Positions 28,172 to 41,515 of a stretch of DNA of 64,000 nucleotides are shown here, piece by piece (position 1 is the stretch's first letter; each line of letters opens with the position of its first letter). Position numbers and translations under genes: made by a program. The DNA lies in contig OZ024742.1 in assembly GCA_964016885.1 (NCBI GenBank), positions 200,074,001 to 200,138,000 of the forward strand, in the 5' to 3' direction. Under the pieces are notes generated by a model that saw only the letters and a program-made list of their open reading frames with translations, searched no databases and had not been told where the DNA came from. Source of the DNA: Eledone cirrhosa (lineage: Eukaryota).

Positions 28172-28789
28172 AATAATAATAATAATAATAATAATAATGA
28201 TTTCTTTATTGGCCACAAGGGCTGACATGAAGAAAAAACATTACAGACGGCACAGGACGGTACAGGACGGTACGATGTGGGTTTTGTGCGTGTAAAGATG
28301 TTTATTATTTATATAAGAAAAGAAAAAAAAAGACAGAAACATATTTATATCTCTATATATATAAAACGGTAGATGTCTGTCTGTGTGTGTGTATGATTTT
28401 TATGCATTTCCACATTTCTCTACTGATTTTAATGATTTTTTTCCAATGTGTTCCAAATTTACCAGGGCAGGTCAACGCGTAATTATTTTTGCCAAACATT
28501 TCATGCTTCTATAAAAAAATCGATAAAACTAAATACATGCTGTAACCCTCTCTCTTACACGCTTCATTCCTCTCACTACTACCATCAAAAATATATGAAA
28601 CTACATACATGTTGCAACTCTCTTTAAAAGGTTCATCACTCTCTCTACTCCCCCCCCTCGCCTCAATCTCCTCTGCAACTCTCTTTAAAAGGTTACTGCC
28701 TCCGTCTACTACTCAATCACAATTTAGAACAACGACAAAACTTCTTTTGAAGGAACACGACACAAACTTTGAAACCTAAGCAACACAAC

Positions 28790-29320
28790 AACCATAGCTT
28801 TACTCTCTCCGTCGCTCTTCCCTCTCTCTACAATATATTATTCCCCCTCTCTATAATTTAACTGCTTTACTCTATTCATGCTTCGAGGTTTAACACTAGC
28901 TTCACTCTATCCGTCGCTCTTCTCTCTATATATAATAGAACATTCCCCCTATTCGTTCGGGAACGCGAAAAAAACTTTGATAACTAAGCAACACATCATT
29001 TTATACAACAACAAACAGTGATAACGACATACGCTCTCTGTCGCTCTTCACTCCCTATATGACAACAGTGCAGAGAGAGAAACAATGTATATGATCAAAT
29101 GGAGCGTTCCGTATATTCCCCCTCTCTATAATTTAACTGTTTTACTCTCTTTGTCTCTCTTCACTCCCTATATGACAACACTGCAGAGAGAGAAACAATG
29201 TATATGATCAAATGGAGCGTTCCGTATATTCCCCCTCTCTATAATTTAACTGCTTTACTCTCTCTGTCGCTCTTCACTCCCTATATGACAACACTGCAGT
29301 GGAGCGTTCCGTATTGGGCG
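28790..29320 (+). repeat. Helitron 5' subterminal minisatellite (~113 bp period)
   Basis: CAGAGAGAGAAACAATGTATATGATCAAATGGAGCGTTCCG at 29071 and 29184, with partial copies on both sides. Confidence 0.75.
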
Positions 29321-29329
29321 TTCCGTATT

Positions 29330-32300
29330 GACATACGGCTTATCTGGGGCATTTTCAATCGGCTTATTGCAAATAACAACCCGCAAAATAACACTTCATA
29401 TAACAGATTAATGCTATAGACATATGAATCGGAATGTAACCTGTGAACTTTTTCCTGGGCAAAATTATTCGAACAGACATGACCTCATTGCCAGAGTGTT
29501 CAGACTGAAACTGGCTAAACTCATGGCTTTAATCAAAAAGGTCAGGTATTTGGAGCTGTAAAATGTGATATCTTCATCGTCGAATGGCAAAAACGAGGGC
29601 TGCCACATGCTCACATTTTGATTTGGTTAGCTGATAAAATGAATTCAAATGCCATAGACAGCTTCATTTCGGCTGAAACGCAGCAACTGACCAGGAATTA
29701 AATGACATCGCCAAAGGTAGCATGATTCATGGTCCGTGTGCGTGGGGTCCTAATGAGCATCACACGTGTCTCAAAGGAAGGTGGAGGGGGTAGTGCAGTA
29801 AGGGATACCCAAAGAATTTGTTGACCAGACTCAGACTGGTGGCGTCGAGTATCCCCTGTACGGGCGGAGACGGCCCGAGAACGGTGGCTTCACCACAACA
29901 GTAAGGGGAGGTCAAGTCGACAATAGATGGGTGGTCCCTTACTGCCCGCTTCTCTTGAAGATGTTCAACGCCCACATCAACGTTGAGTTTTGCAACTCGG
30001 TCAAGTCGATAAAATACATATGCAAATATGTAAATAAGGGCTCTGCTGCCGCAATGTTCGCATTTCAAGCTGAAAATAGAAGGGACGAGGTCTCAGAATA
30101 CCTGGCGGAGTGGTATATAACTAGCAATGAAGCTTTTTGGTGCCTTTTTGGTTTACCCCTACACCAACGGCACCCGCCATCGTACAGCTTGCGGTACATT
30201 TTGAAAATGGGCAAAGGGTTTACTTTACGGACCAAACCGCCGCCAAATTGGCCGCCGATCTGAAAGAGGCCACTCTGACGGGCTTCTTCAAACTTTTCCA
30301 GTTCGATCCATTTACGCAAATAATTGTGTACCCCCAGGTTCCATGCTACTTTATATAGTCGAAAAACACTTGGGTGCGAAGAAAGTCAGGTCAGGCTGTT
30401 GAAAGACATCCTGGTGTAAAATTTGACAGCTGTCTTGGAAGGGTTTACACTGTGCCCCCAAGTCAGCATGAGTGCTTTCATCTCCGCCTTCTTCTGCATG
30501 AAGTTGTAGGCCCACAAAGTTTTTAGAACCTCAAAACTCTTGATGGAGAAATATGTGATAAATACCGGGAAGCCTGCTTTAAGCGTGGTCTTTTGGAAGA
30601 TGATTCGCAATGGGATTCCACTTTGTTGAAATCACCTAAATGTCTACGGGAACTCTTTGCCATTTTGCTTCAAAAGTGTGAATTGGGTGATCCCAAATCT
30701 TTATGGGTCAAGTACAGAGACTTTATGTCTGAGGACTTCCTGCGCCTGGCTCATCTGCAATATACTTCAGTGGAAGTTGGTTACAGCGACATTATCTACA
30801 ACAGGGCACTCAGTGATATCGAGGACGCCCTCCTCGACATGGGTGGGAGTGAGTTGGTGACGTCAATCGTCAGAGAGTAAGCTAACACGTTGGCCCCGGA
30901 TTTGTTGCAGGAAACAGCATATGACATCGAATCTCTTTCCCAATACTTAGAGGAAAATGAACCCAAATCTGTTGGACCAAAGGTTGGCCTATTTAACTAT
31001 CATTGACGCGGTTCAAAATCAGACCGGGGGTATTTACTTTCTAGATGCTCCTGGGGGTACCGGAAGATCTTATGTAACGAAATTGATTCTCGCTAAGATT
31101 CTTCAGGAGAAAAAAATTGCGTTGGCCGTTGCATCGTCCGGGATCGCTGCTTCTTTGCTGCCGGGAGGCAGGACAGCACATTCATCCTTTAAACTCCCCT
31201 TGGATTTAGTAAAAACTGAGACACCAACATGCAATATCAGCTAGAGTTCACACGAAGCTCTGGTTCTCAAACAATGTTGTCTCATTGTTTGGGATGAGTG
31301 CACAATGGCACACAAGGGTGCCCTTGAGGCATTGGACAGGACCCTGAAATACATTAGGGATTCTACGGCTGTTATGGGTGGCGTAACCCTTCTGCTCTCA
31401 TGGGATTTTCGGCAAACGCTGCCTGTCATCCCCAAAGGGACAAGAGCTGATGAAGTGCGTGCTTGTCTTAAATCGTCCATGTTGTGGCTCCAGGTGAAGA
31501 GTTTGTACCTGAGCGCAAATATTATATCGTCTAAGCTAACATGGTCCGTGTGCGTCGGGTCCTAATGCGCATCACACGTGTCTGAAAGGGGGTCGTGCAG
31601 TAAGGGATACTCCAAAACATTTGTTGACCAGACTCAGACTGGTGGCGACGGGTACCCCCTGTACAGGCAGAGACGGCCCGAGAACGGCCCGCTTCTCTTG
31701 AAGATGTTCAACGCCCACATCAACGTTGAGTTTTGCAACTCCGTCAAGTCGATAAGATACATATGCAAATATGTAAATAAGGCCTTTGATACCGCAATGT
31801 TCGCATTTCAAGCTGAAAATAGCAGAGACGAGGTCACAGAATACCTGGCGGGGCGGTACATCAGTAGCAAGTAAGCTTTTTGGCGCCTTTTTGGTTTACC
31901 CCTACACCAACGGCACCCCGCCATCGTACAGCTTGTGGTACATTTGGAAAATGGGCAAAACTGAAACACCAACATGCAATATCAGCAAGAGTTCACACGA
32001 AGCTCTGGTTCTCTGACGGGTTTCTTCAAACTTTGCCTGTTCGATACATTTGCGCAAACAATTGTGTACCCCCAGGTTCTATCCTACTTTATATGGTCGA
32101 AAAACACATGGGTGCGAAGAAAGTCAGGTTAGGCTGTTGAAAGACATCCTGGTGTAAAATTTGACAGCTGTCTTGGAAAGGTTTACACTGTGCCCCCAAG
32201 CCAGCATGAGTGCTTTCATCTCCGCCTTCTTCTGCATGAAGTTGTAGGCCCACAAAGTTTTCAGAACCTCAAAACTGTTGATGGAGAAATATGTGATAAA

Positions 32301-34110
32301 TACCGGGAAGCCTGCTTTAAGCGTGGTTTTTTGGAAGATGATTCGTAATGGGATTCCACTTTAGCAGAGGGTGCTTTGTTGAAATCACCTAAAGGTCTAC
32401 GGGAACTCTTTGCCATTTTGCTTCAAAAGTGTGAATTGGGTGATCCCAAATCTTTATGGGTCAAGTACAGAGACTTCATGTCTGAGGACTTCCTGCGCCT
32501 GGCTCATCTGCAGTATACTTCAGTGGAAGTTGGTTACAGCGACATTATCTACAACAGGGCACTCATTGATATCGAGCACGCCCTCCACGACATGGGTGGG
32601 AGTGAGTTGGCGACGTATGGCTTGCCGTCAACCGTCAGAGAGTAAGCTAACACGTTGGTCTCGGATGTGTTGCGGGAAACAGCATATGACATCGATTCTC
32701 TTTCCCAATACTTAGAGGAAAATGAGCCCAAACTTCTGTCGGACCAAAGGTTGCCCTATTTAACTATCATTGACGCGGTTCAAAATAAGATTGGGAGTAT
32801 TTACTTTCTAGATGCTCCTGGGGGTACCGGAAAAACTTTTGTAACGAAATTGATTCTCGCTAAGATTCGTCAGAAGAAAAAAATTGCGTTGGCCGTTGCA
32901 TCGTCCGGGATCGCTGCTACTTTGCTGCCGGGAGGCAGGACAGCACATTCATCCTTTAAACTCCCCTTGTATTGAGTAAAAACTGAGACACCAACATGCA
33001 ATATCAGCTAGAGTTCACACGAAGCTCTGGTTCTCAAACAATGTTGCCTCATTGTTTGGGATGAGTGCACAATGGCACACAAGGGTGCCCTTGAGGCTTG
33101 GACAGGACCCTGAAAGACATTAGGGATTCTACGGCTGTTATGGGTGGCGTAAGCCTTCTGCTATCAGGGGATTTTCGGCAAACGTTGCCTGTCATCCCCA
33201 AAGGGACAAGAACTGATGAAGTGCGTGCCTGCCTTAAATCGTCCATGTTGTGGATCCAGGTGAAGAATTTGTACCTGAGCACAAATATGAGCACAAATAT
33301 GCGTGCTCATTTGCATGGTGACAACATGTCTGCAGTATTTTCTCAGAACATTTTAGCACTTGGTGAGGGCAAGGTCCCTGTGGATGACAAGGGCGGCATA
33401 GCAATCGACACCCTGTGCAAAATTGTGAGCAGCCCTTCTGACCTTTGGGAAGGAGTTTTTCCTAATGTCTCATCTAACTTTAAAAACCTCGATTGGCTCA
33501 GCGAAAGAGCCATTCTTGCTCCGAAAAATACCATGGTTAATTTTATTAACGAGCAGCTGATTGAGAAGATTCCCGGTAAATAGCACATCTTTAAATCTAT
33601 CGACCGGACATCAGACCCCGACGATATCGTTAATTATCCGGTTGAGTTATTAAATTCCCTTGAGCCCCCGGGGCTCCCACCTCACATTCTTAAGCTTAGG
33701 GTTGGCTGTTCCATTATGCTAATAAGGAACTTGCGTCCACCAAAGCAGTGCAAAGGTACTCGCATGGTTATCAAGTCAATGACGCCCCACTTGATTGAGG
33801 CCACCATTGTAACGGTGTGCGGGAGAGGGGAGAATGTTTTCATTCCAAGGATGAACCTTTCCCCTCGGCGTCAGATAACCCGTTCGATTTCCGGCGATCC
33901 CAATTCCCGGTGAGACCATGTTTTGCCATGTCCATTAAAAAGTCACAAGGGCAAACATTGTCGGTGGCGGGCATCCATGGGGGGGGGGGGGGTCATGCTT
34001 CTCCCATGGCCAACTTTATGTTGCCTGTTCCCGCGTAGGGAGCAGGAATGGACTTTTTGCTTACACTCCTCAAGGGATGACACGCAATATCGTCTACAGA
34101 GAGGTGCTAT
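29330..34110 (+). pseudogene. Helitron Rep (HUH) and Pif1-family helicase, many stops/frameshifts, ~1.8 kb internal tandem duplication
   Basis: VEWQKRGLPHAHIL (~29578), KYICKYVNKG, DAPGGTGKTF, IVWDECTMAHK, LLSGDFRQTLPV, AMSIKKSQGQTL. The segment from 29728 repeats from 31540. Confidence 0.92.
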
Positions 34111-37100
34111 AGATGTTGGTGCAGGTGTTGGAGGTGTTGGAGCTATGCCGTCTGGAAAACTGGTAGGGTCACACATGGCGGGCGGATCTGACATCCAGCG
34201 GCATCAGGACCACCATCTTGCAGCTTTGGTCTTCTAAATTCGCTATTGGAAGATTATTAACCCATCATTGATTGTCCAAAATGCTAATTGGTTCGTAACT
34301 ATTAATAACCGGTTCAACTGCTTTATGCAATTAATTGATAAGCTTATTCGCTTTCAAGCCACGTTTACCAGTATGTAACTTTTCATAGCAAATGAACAAA
34401 CCCGAGCAACGCCAGGCTAAACTGCTAGTATACAATAAAAATGAAAATTGAAACAATGAAAAATTCCCCAATAGGCCACCCAGACCACCAGGGGAAGCGC
34501 CTTCTCTCAATTTTTCCATTTCTCAAACTACAGGCGTATATTCAGAGCGGTCACTGACATCAAGAAAAACATTACAGACGGCACAGGACGGTACAGGACG
34601 GTACGATGTGGGTTTTGTGCGTGTAAAAATGTTTATTATTTATATAAGAAAAGAAAAAAAAGGATATAGAAACATATATATATAAACAATAAAAATGAAA
34701 ATTGAAACAATGAAAAATTCCCCAATAGGGGGAAACCTCTGAGGGTTACTCGTGGCGAAAACCACACAAAAGACCACGGCCACCCTGACCACCAGGGCAA
34801 GCGCCCTCTCTCAATTTTTTCCATTTCTCAAACTACAGACGTATATTCAGAGCGGTCCCGTTCACTCGGCCCATTCTCGCTACATTCACCCACCTTTCAA
34901 CAAACTTGCTAGAAGGCGGCACTTGTCTCTTGACCCTGATTTTCCTCTTCAAGTAAAACTTGAAAAAGTTAATTAGGTATTCGCCGAAGAGGAAAGTGTT
35001 TGTCTTTAACCCTTTTAACCTTGTCCACCACACAATCTCTTTCGCCATGGCCACCAGGCAGATGAAAACCACCTGCCCTTCCTCCTCGAAGGAAGACGGC
35101 GAGACCATCTGTACAATGGACTCAGTCGACAACCGGATCAGTCCTACACGCGACAGCAACTGTTCGACATAGCTCCACAAGTCAGCAATGCTCGGGCACT
35201 GAACGAGTGCGCGCACGACGGTTTCGTCGCTCTGTGCGCATCTCGGACAGGCTCGGCTTACGGCACTTCCGTGCCTGTAGAGCTTATCTCGAACCGGCAG
35301 CGCTCCCGGTAACACTGCCAGGCCAGGGATTTTTGGAAGTTATCCATAGGCCCCGGGCTGAAAGTTCTCCGGAAGAGAGCAAACAGCTGATCTTCTTCGA
35401 CGTCACTCTTCCCCTCCACTAGTCCTCTATAGAACGCCGAGGTGGATGTTCCACCGATACTGGTGTCCAGCTGGCAGAGGGCAGTGAGCGCCTGGAGACA
35501 TTCCAGTTTCCAAGCGCTATCCCTCGGTCTTTTTCTGACCCAGGACTGCAGCTCCGTCAAGGAGACGAGCTGTGGGAAAACGTGCTTGGCGAACGGCGAC
35601 CACACCTGTTCACCGTCAAGGAAGCACCAGAGATGTCGCAGCCTCAGCGCATGTTTGCGCATCATCAGCCATGGCATGCCCAGTCCTCCACGCAACGGGT
35701 GTTGACAGCAGATGGATCGTCTGCCCATGGGAGCGCGTCCCTTCCACAAAAAGCGGAAGAGGAGGCGCTCCATTTTGGTGAGAGTTGGGTTGGAGCAAGC
35801 GACAACGGTGAGGTGGTAGCAGAAGACGGATGCGATGTACGCATTCGCCACCTCCGCCCAGCCTTTCAGGGACAGCTTCCTCTCGGCCCATTTCTGGGTG
35901 AGGGAGGCCAACCTGCTCGTCACCTCATTTCAGTTATTCTCCATCTGGAGGTCCGGTCCGAACCAGACCCCGAGCAATCTAACCGGTCCGTCCGTCCAAC
36001 GCCCCACGACGCCGTCGGACGGCATGGACTTGCCTCTCCAGGCGCCGAGCTGCAAGCCCACCGACTTTTGCTGGTTTATCTTTGCTCCTGTCACAGCTTC
36101 GTATTCCTTGAGAGTGGTGCCGAGCATCTGGACGTGTCTGGTGTTCGACGCCACTACGGTGATGACGTCGCCGTAAGCCGACTCGGATTTCCCGCATCCT
36201 AGTTCGCGTGGGACGCCCCTCATCGCCCCCCAGTTTGTGCAGTAACGGCTCGAGAGCCAATACGTACAAGTGGGACGATAGAGGCAACTCTGGCGGACCG
36301 AGCGCTTGATGCTGAACGACTGCGACAGGTGACCGTTCACCCTCACAACTGAGCAAATGTTCTGTACATCGCAGCGATGCAACCCCTGAAAACGGGCCCG
36401 AAACCGGCTGCCTCGAGGACCGCCGCCAGGTACCGATGGTTGACCCGATCGAATGCTTTGGATTGATCCAAGTTGATCAGAGCCCCACCCGTGACAGGTT
36501 CCTTAACCACCCTCTCTATGATGTATCGCATGAGGTGGAGGTTGTCGTGTTTGGATCTGTCCGGAATGGCGCATGTATGCGCCTCTCCCACCAGACCTTT
36601 GACGACAAGCGCCAACCTCGTTGCTAACACCTTGGCCAAAATCTTGAACTCTGCGTTTAGCAGGGTTATGGGCCTGAAATTATCGATAACATCCCCCTTG
36701 TTCGGGTCTTTTCTCGGCAGCGCCACTGCTCCCCGGCTCACAAAACTGGGAATGCTCCCGTTCTGCTGCCAGTTGCTGTAAACGTCTGCCAAGAGGTCAC
36801 CGAACAAGTCTGGCATAAATGCATAAAGCTCGTAGGGCAGACCATCCAAACCTGGCGATTTACCCCTTGTGCAGTTAGCCATCGCTTCCCGTATTTCACC
36901 GGCTGTTATTTGCTTTTAGCAACACTGTGCTGCGGTCGTCGAGAGCCGAGGCAGTCCCGAACAGTTCAGTAAAGTGATGCTGAAAAGCTTCACACATCCG
37001 CTCGGGTTCGAGCATCACGCACCCGTTTTGGTCAGACAAAGACCGAATTGTGGCTTTGTTGCCACGTCGCGCCTCTGCCACCCGGGCCCATTGGACGGCT

Positions 37101-40100
37101 TTTGTCCCCTCGTGTTTCAGAGCACGCGCTCTAGCTTTGACAACGCAGCCTTCGTGTTTTGCGTTGAAGAATTGGTCGAGTGCCAAACTCGCCGCAAGCA
37201 CGTCGGTTGCGATGCCTGTCCTAAACGCCTCTTCTAGCTTTCTGACTAGCTCTCCCTCTACTCTATTTTCCTCTATCACTACTCCTTTGCTAAACCTAAT
37301 CGACTCTACTTTAATTGCCCTTTTCAGGGCGAACCACCGCCTGTTGTTGACGACCGCTCCCGTCAACGCCCGCTTAACTAATACGTTAATCCGGTCTCTG
37401 TAGGCTTTGCGCGCCGGGAAAGACGCGTTCAGCTTCCAGTAACCGGGTCCTTGTCTATGAAGTCTGTCTATGTCGATCTCACAGATCACAAATTTGTGGT
37501 CTGTGTAGTTGACTATTTTAAATTGTGGACAACTTATACTAGCCTTATCTAGTTCCCTGCAGAATACCCTATCGAGATACGATCTGGACGACCGATGCGG
37601 TTTGTCCATGTCCACATTGGCACATTCGGATGATCCAGTCGATACCTGTCAGACAGTTCAAAACGCCTGAGCAGGTTGGGGAGGCTCTTGCACCCTCCTC
37701 CCCTATCCACTGATCTCACACAATCCCAGCGTGCATCCAAGATACCGTTCCAGTCTCCCACTAACACTAAAGAGTGGGAGGTTCCAAGAAAGGTCTCTAG
37801 ACGTCTGAAGAAATCTGGCCGTCCTGCCCTTTTTGGGGCGTAGACGGCTACTAGCCTGAAAGCATTGCCTTCGCTGCCGGTCACGTCCAGCACCACCGAC
37901 TTACCTTCTGGGTCTAGGAAGATGGCCCGTATGGCGAGATCCAAGCCTCTCCGAAAAAGGACGGTAACCCTTCCCCCCGATCCTGGACGGCTGGGAGATG
38001 CGTATACATCGTAGCCGCCGAAGATCGGTGCGAAGGCTTGTGCTTCGGAGATTCTAGTCTCACTGATGGCCACCACATCTATGTTTAGTGACCTGAGGTC
38101 GTTGAGCAGGTGACCCTACTTCCAAGATGACCCCAGGCCACGTGCATTTATACTGCCTATTCTGAGTACGGCCATGTTGAATGAGAAACGGGGCAAGTGA
38201 GAAAGGGTCACTTACCTTGATCGTGTGGTGAAGGGACAGTTGAACCGTCTCTTTCGCTGGTCATGGGTGTTTTCAAGAGGATCTCAGTGTATATCCTCTT
38301 GGTAACCGACCCTCTGAAGTCTCCAACTGCTTTGGAGAATTTTTGTTTTAAAGGTTTGTACTGTTCTATTGAGATTTCGATGATGCTTATGTTTGTCGGG
38401 AGAGTTCTTGGTGTTGGTGGGGTGTAGTAGTTTTTTTCTGTGATGTCTGTGTGCTGCTTTATATATTGTATGAGTTCTTTTTTGGTCATGTTTATGGCTG
38501 TGTACTTTTTGGGGAGAAGGGTGATTTTGTTGATGTTTTCTTCTTGTTGCTGTTTGGTGTGTGTGTCTTCTTTTGTTTGCATTGTTGCTGTTTTTGGTGA
38601 TGCTGGTGGTGGTGTGGTTGTTGTTGTCAGTGGTGCTTGTGGTGGTGTTGCTGCAAGTTTCCTTGCTGCCTTTACCCCTCTTTGTATGCCTTCGCTTTTG
38701 GAGGGTGAATCTAAGGGTTTTTTTCTTTTTTGTTCTTTTTGTGGCAGACCGTTTGCCACTTCACTCCCGCCTCAAACTCCATGTCGGATTCTGTGGCGTC
38801 TGGGAGGGGTATGTGCTCCACGGCTGTTGGTGGTGGTAGTGGAGCCCTCTTCCGCAATTTTGTTGCTGGTGTAACTACTTCAAATGTAGCTATTGGTGTT
38901 GCCGTCACTGATGATACTGCTTTAGTTGTCCGTGGCCTTGGTACGGGTGCTACGGACGTTGCCCTCCTACTCACCGTGGAAGGGGCTTCTGCGTTTGTTG
39001 CCTGCCCTGCTCTTGGTAGCAGCGGACCAGGTATTTGAAGGAGAGGGGCCTTCTTCTTCGCTGTCTTCTGCGGACAAAAGGCCCTGAGGTAAACCTTCGA
39101 CCCACAGAGATAACATTTTGACTGTCTTCCTTCTACACTTATAGGGAGTTGGAGTCCTTTCTCGATGTCTATGATATCGGGGGTAGCGTCGATATATTCC
39201 TGGTCAGTTTGCATAAGCATTTGCATGCCTATACCTGACCAGTTCTCTCTCCCTATTTTTTCTACTTGCAGCATGGTCGTGCTGTTCTCGATTCCAGCAA
39301 GGACAGACGCGGCCAGCCAAGGTATGGGCATGTCGGGTGGGACCTGGGTCACTTTGACCCTCACAATTTTCTGTCCGCAGTAGGAGGGCACCAAGACTAT
39401 CTCCTCACTCTTTAGGGTTTCCAAAGAGTGAGACTTTTCTTCCTGGGGGGTGGCGAAAAGTACGTCTACTGTGGCGTACTTTCTGCCTCGGGTGATGTGG
39501 GTTTTGCCTGCCCAGACGCACCCCAAGGCCTTTTGGGTTTGAGCCTCCGGGGCTCTCTCCACTCGATGTGAGATTTTGCTTACAGTGCGGTAAGTCCCCG
39601 TCCGTAGCTGCTGGTCCTTGAAAAAATCGGGTGGTGGTTTCAGGGAGACTCTATTGGCGCTTCTTGTCACCATGGCCCTTGCGACTGCCATCTCCTCCTC
39701 TGTGACTAACACTGTCTCGATATTTCGGGCGACACCTGCAAAAGAAGTGGTCCCTTTTTCAGCAGCACCACTATTGCTGCCGCTACTGGTCTTACTGATG
39801 GTGCTGAGATCGCTATTACAGGTATCGATGTTTTCGTTGGTACAGTTGTATTATAAATTTTATATTCATTAATTAAATTTTATAATAATAATAATTTTTG
39901 TATTATAAATTTTATATTCAAAAAAGAAAATGGTTATAAATGGAAGAAAACCCCCCTCTGTCTACACTATATAGAACAGCAAAATAACAGCAATTTCACC
40001 AACACCACAAACTAGATACACTACCTATCCCATCACCCCTCTGTGTACATTAAATACAACAGCCAGATAACGGCAATTTCACCACCACCACCACCAATCC

Positions 40101-40633
40101 CAGCATAATAATAATAATTACTATTATTGTATCTCAAGTTTTCTCAAAATGTTTAATTCAAATATTAAGTAAATATGACAACACATATATTAAACATACG
40201 CGACAATCCGCATAGATACACAGATCAAACAAACTACAGTCTATTCAACAAAACTCAGTAACGACAACGCCATCACTATAGTCACCGCCGCCACCTCCCA
40301 TCCATCATTGCTACCACTATCCCATCACCGCCGCCACCACTCTTTCATTGCTACCACCACTATTCCCCCATTACCTTCTGTTAACTTAAGAAAGGGGAAG
40401 GTGGCGGTATCACTAGACAAGGGAGAGGCTAGCAAAAGATATAAATAGATTGACCCGATCAAATGTCAACGACTATGGCACTGCTGGCTCCCCCCTTCCC
40501 CACCAACAATAGAAAAAGCCTCAGCACCACCACCGACATAGCCAACAACAATAACAGGCAAGTTCAGCAAAAAGTATATTATATTATTAATAATAACTTC
40601 ATTCTTAAGCCACGCAATACTCACATTAATGTG

Positions 40634-41187
40634 ATTCGGTAAAAGTAACCATAGTAAGTACAGTGAATTTTTTGAAATTTATTTTGAAACTTTTTCTTAT
40701 TTGCTAAACGTTGATTATATATGTTCTGGCTCGTTAATTTATTAACCAGCCATTGAACCACATTGGCATATGGTTGGACAATGCATGTCTCCTCTTGGTC
40801 GAGATAAAATTTGGTCGTTTTGACTGCTACATGTCTCCTCTTGGTCGAGATAAAAATTTGGTCATTTTGACTGCTGCTATTTATAGTGGTAGTAGACTGA
40901 CCTCCCTGTCTCTGCTTCTATCTTTACACACGGCACTGGACAGAATTGCTTCCACATCATTCATTCTCATCTCGGGAACAGTTCGTAATTTGAACTCGGG
41001 AATTTTATATTCTCCGAGTGAAAAGAACCTTCTGACGAGAGTTTATCTTTTTAATGGAAGGCCGCAAGGACTGTCCATTTATTTTTGAGACTAGAAACCA
41101 ATTCGGTAAAGGTAACCATAGTGAGTACAGTGAATTTTTTGAAATATATTTTGAAACTTTTTCTTATTTGCTAAACCTTGATTATAT
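40634..41187 (+). repeat. ~467 bp unit plus ~87 bp direct terminal repeat, containing a hammerhead
   Basis: ATTCGGTAAA.GTAACCATAGT..TTGATTATATA at 40634 and 41101. The unit ends in (TA)n. Confidence 0.8.
41027..41113 (+). ncRNA. Type I hammerhead ribozyme
   Basis: ACCTT-CTGACGA-(stem II)-GAAACC-AATTC-GGTA-AAGGT. Confidence 0.82.
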
Positions 41188-41351
41188 ATATATATATATA
41201 CACGCGCGCGCACGCACACACACACACATATATATATAATAAATAATTATAAAATATATATTATATATTATATTATATACATTATATATAATATTATATA
41301 TAATATTATATATACATATATATATATGTTATATTATATACATTTTATATA

Positions 41352-41391
<40 letters not shown>

Positions 41392-41460
41392 ATATTATAT
41401 ATATATATATAAAATAAAGCTAAATAAAAGTCAAATGATTAAAATTTAGCTTCGTTTATT

Positions 41461-41515
41461 ACTGCTATATATATTTCAGTGACAGCCATCTTTGGCTGTG
41501 ACCTCTTCAGGCAGT
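41461..41515 (-). ncRNA. Hammerhead ribozyme in PLE pseudo-LTR
   Basis: Reverse complement of 45785-45839. Confidence 0.82.

Larger units (their letters stand above)
28350..34428 (+). mobile_element. Helitron (defective RepHel), both termini present
   Basis: 5' TC at 28350 preceded by A. 3' hairpin CCCGAGCAACGCCAGG then CTAG (34425-34428) followed by T. No target duplication. Confidence 0.92.
28199..39845 (-). mobile_element. Tx1/L1-clade LINE copy 3 (5'-truncated in ORF1, 3' UTR duplicated and interrupted by a Helitron)
   Basis: ORF1 pieces 38208-39712. ORF2 pieces 38175-34833 with APE, RT and zinc-finger motifs. 3' UTR is present at 28199-28349 plus 34429-34551 and again from ~34552. Confidence 0.9.
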
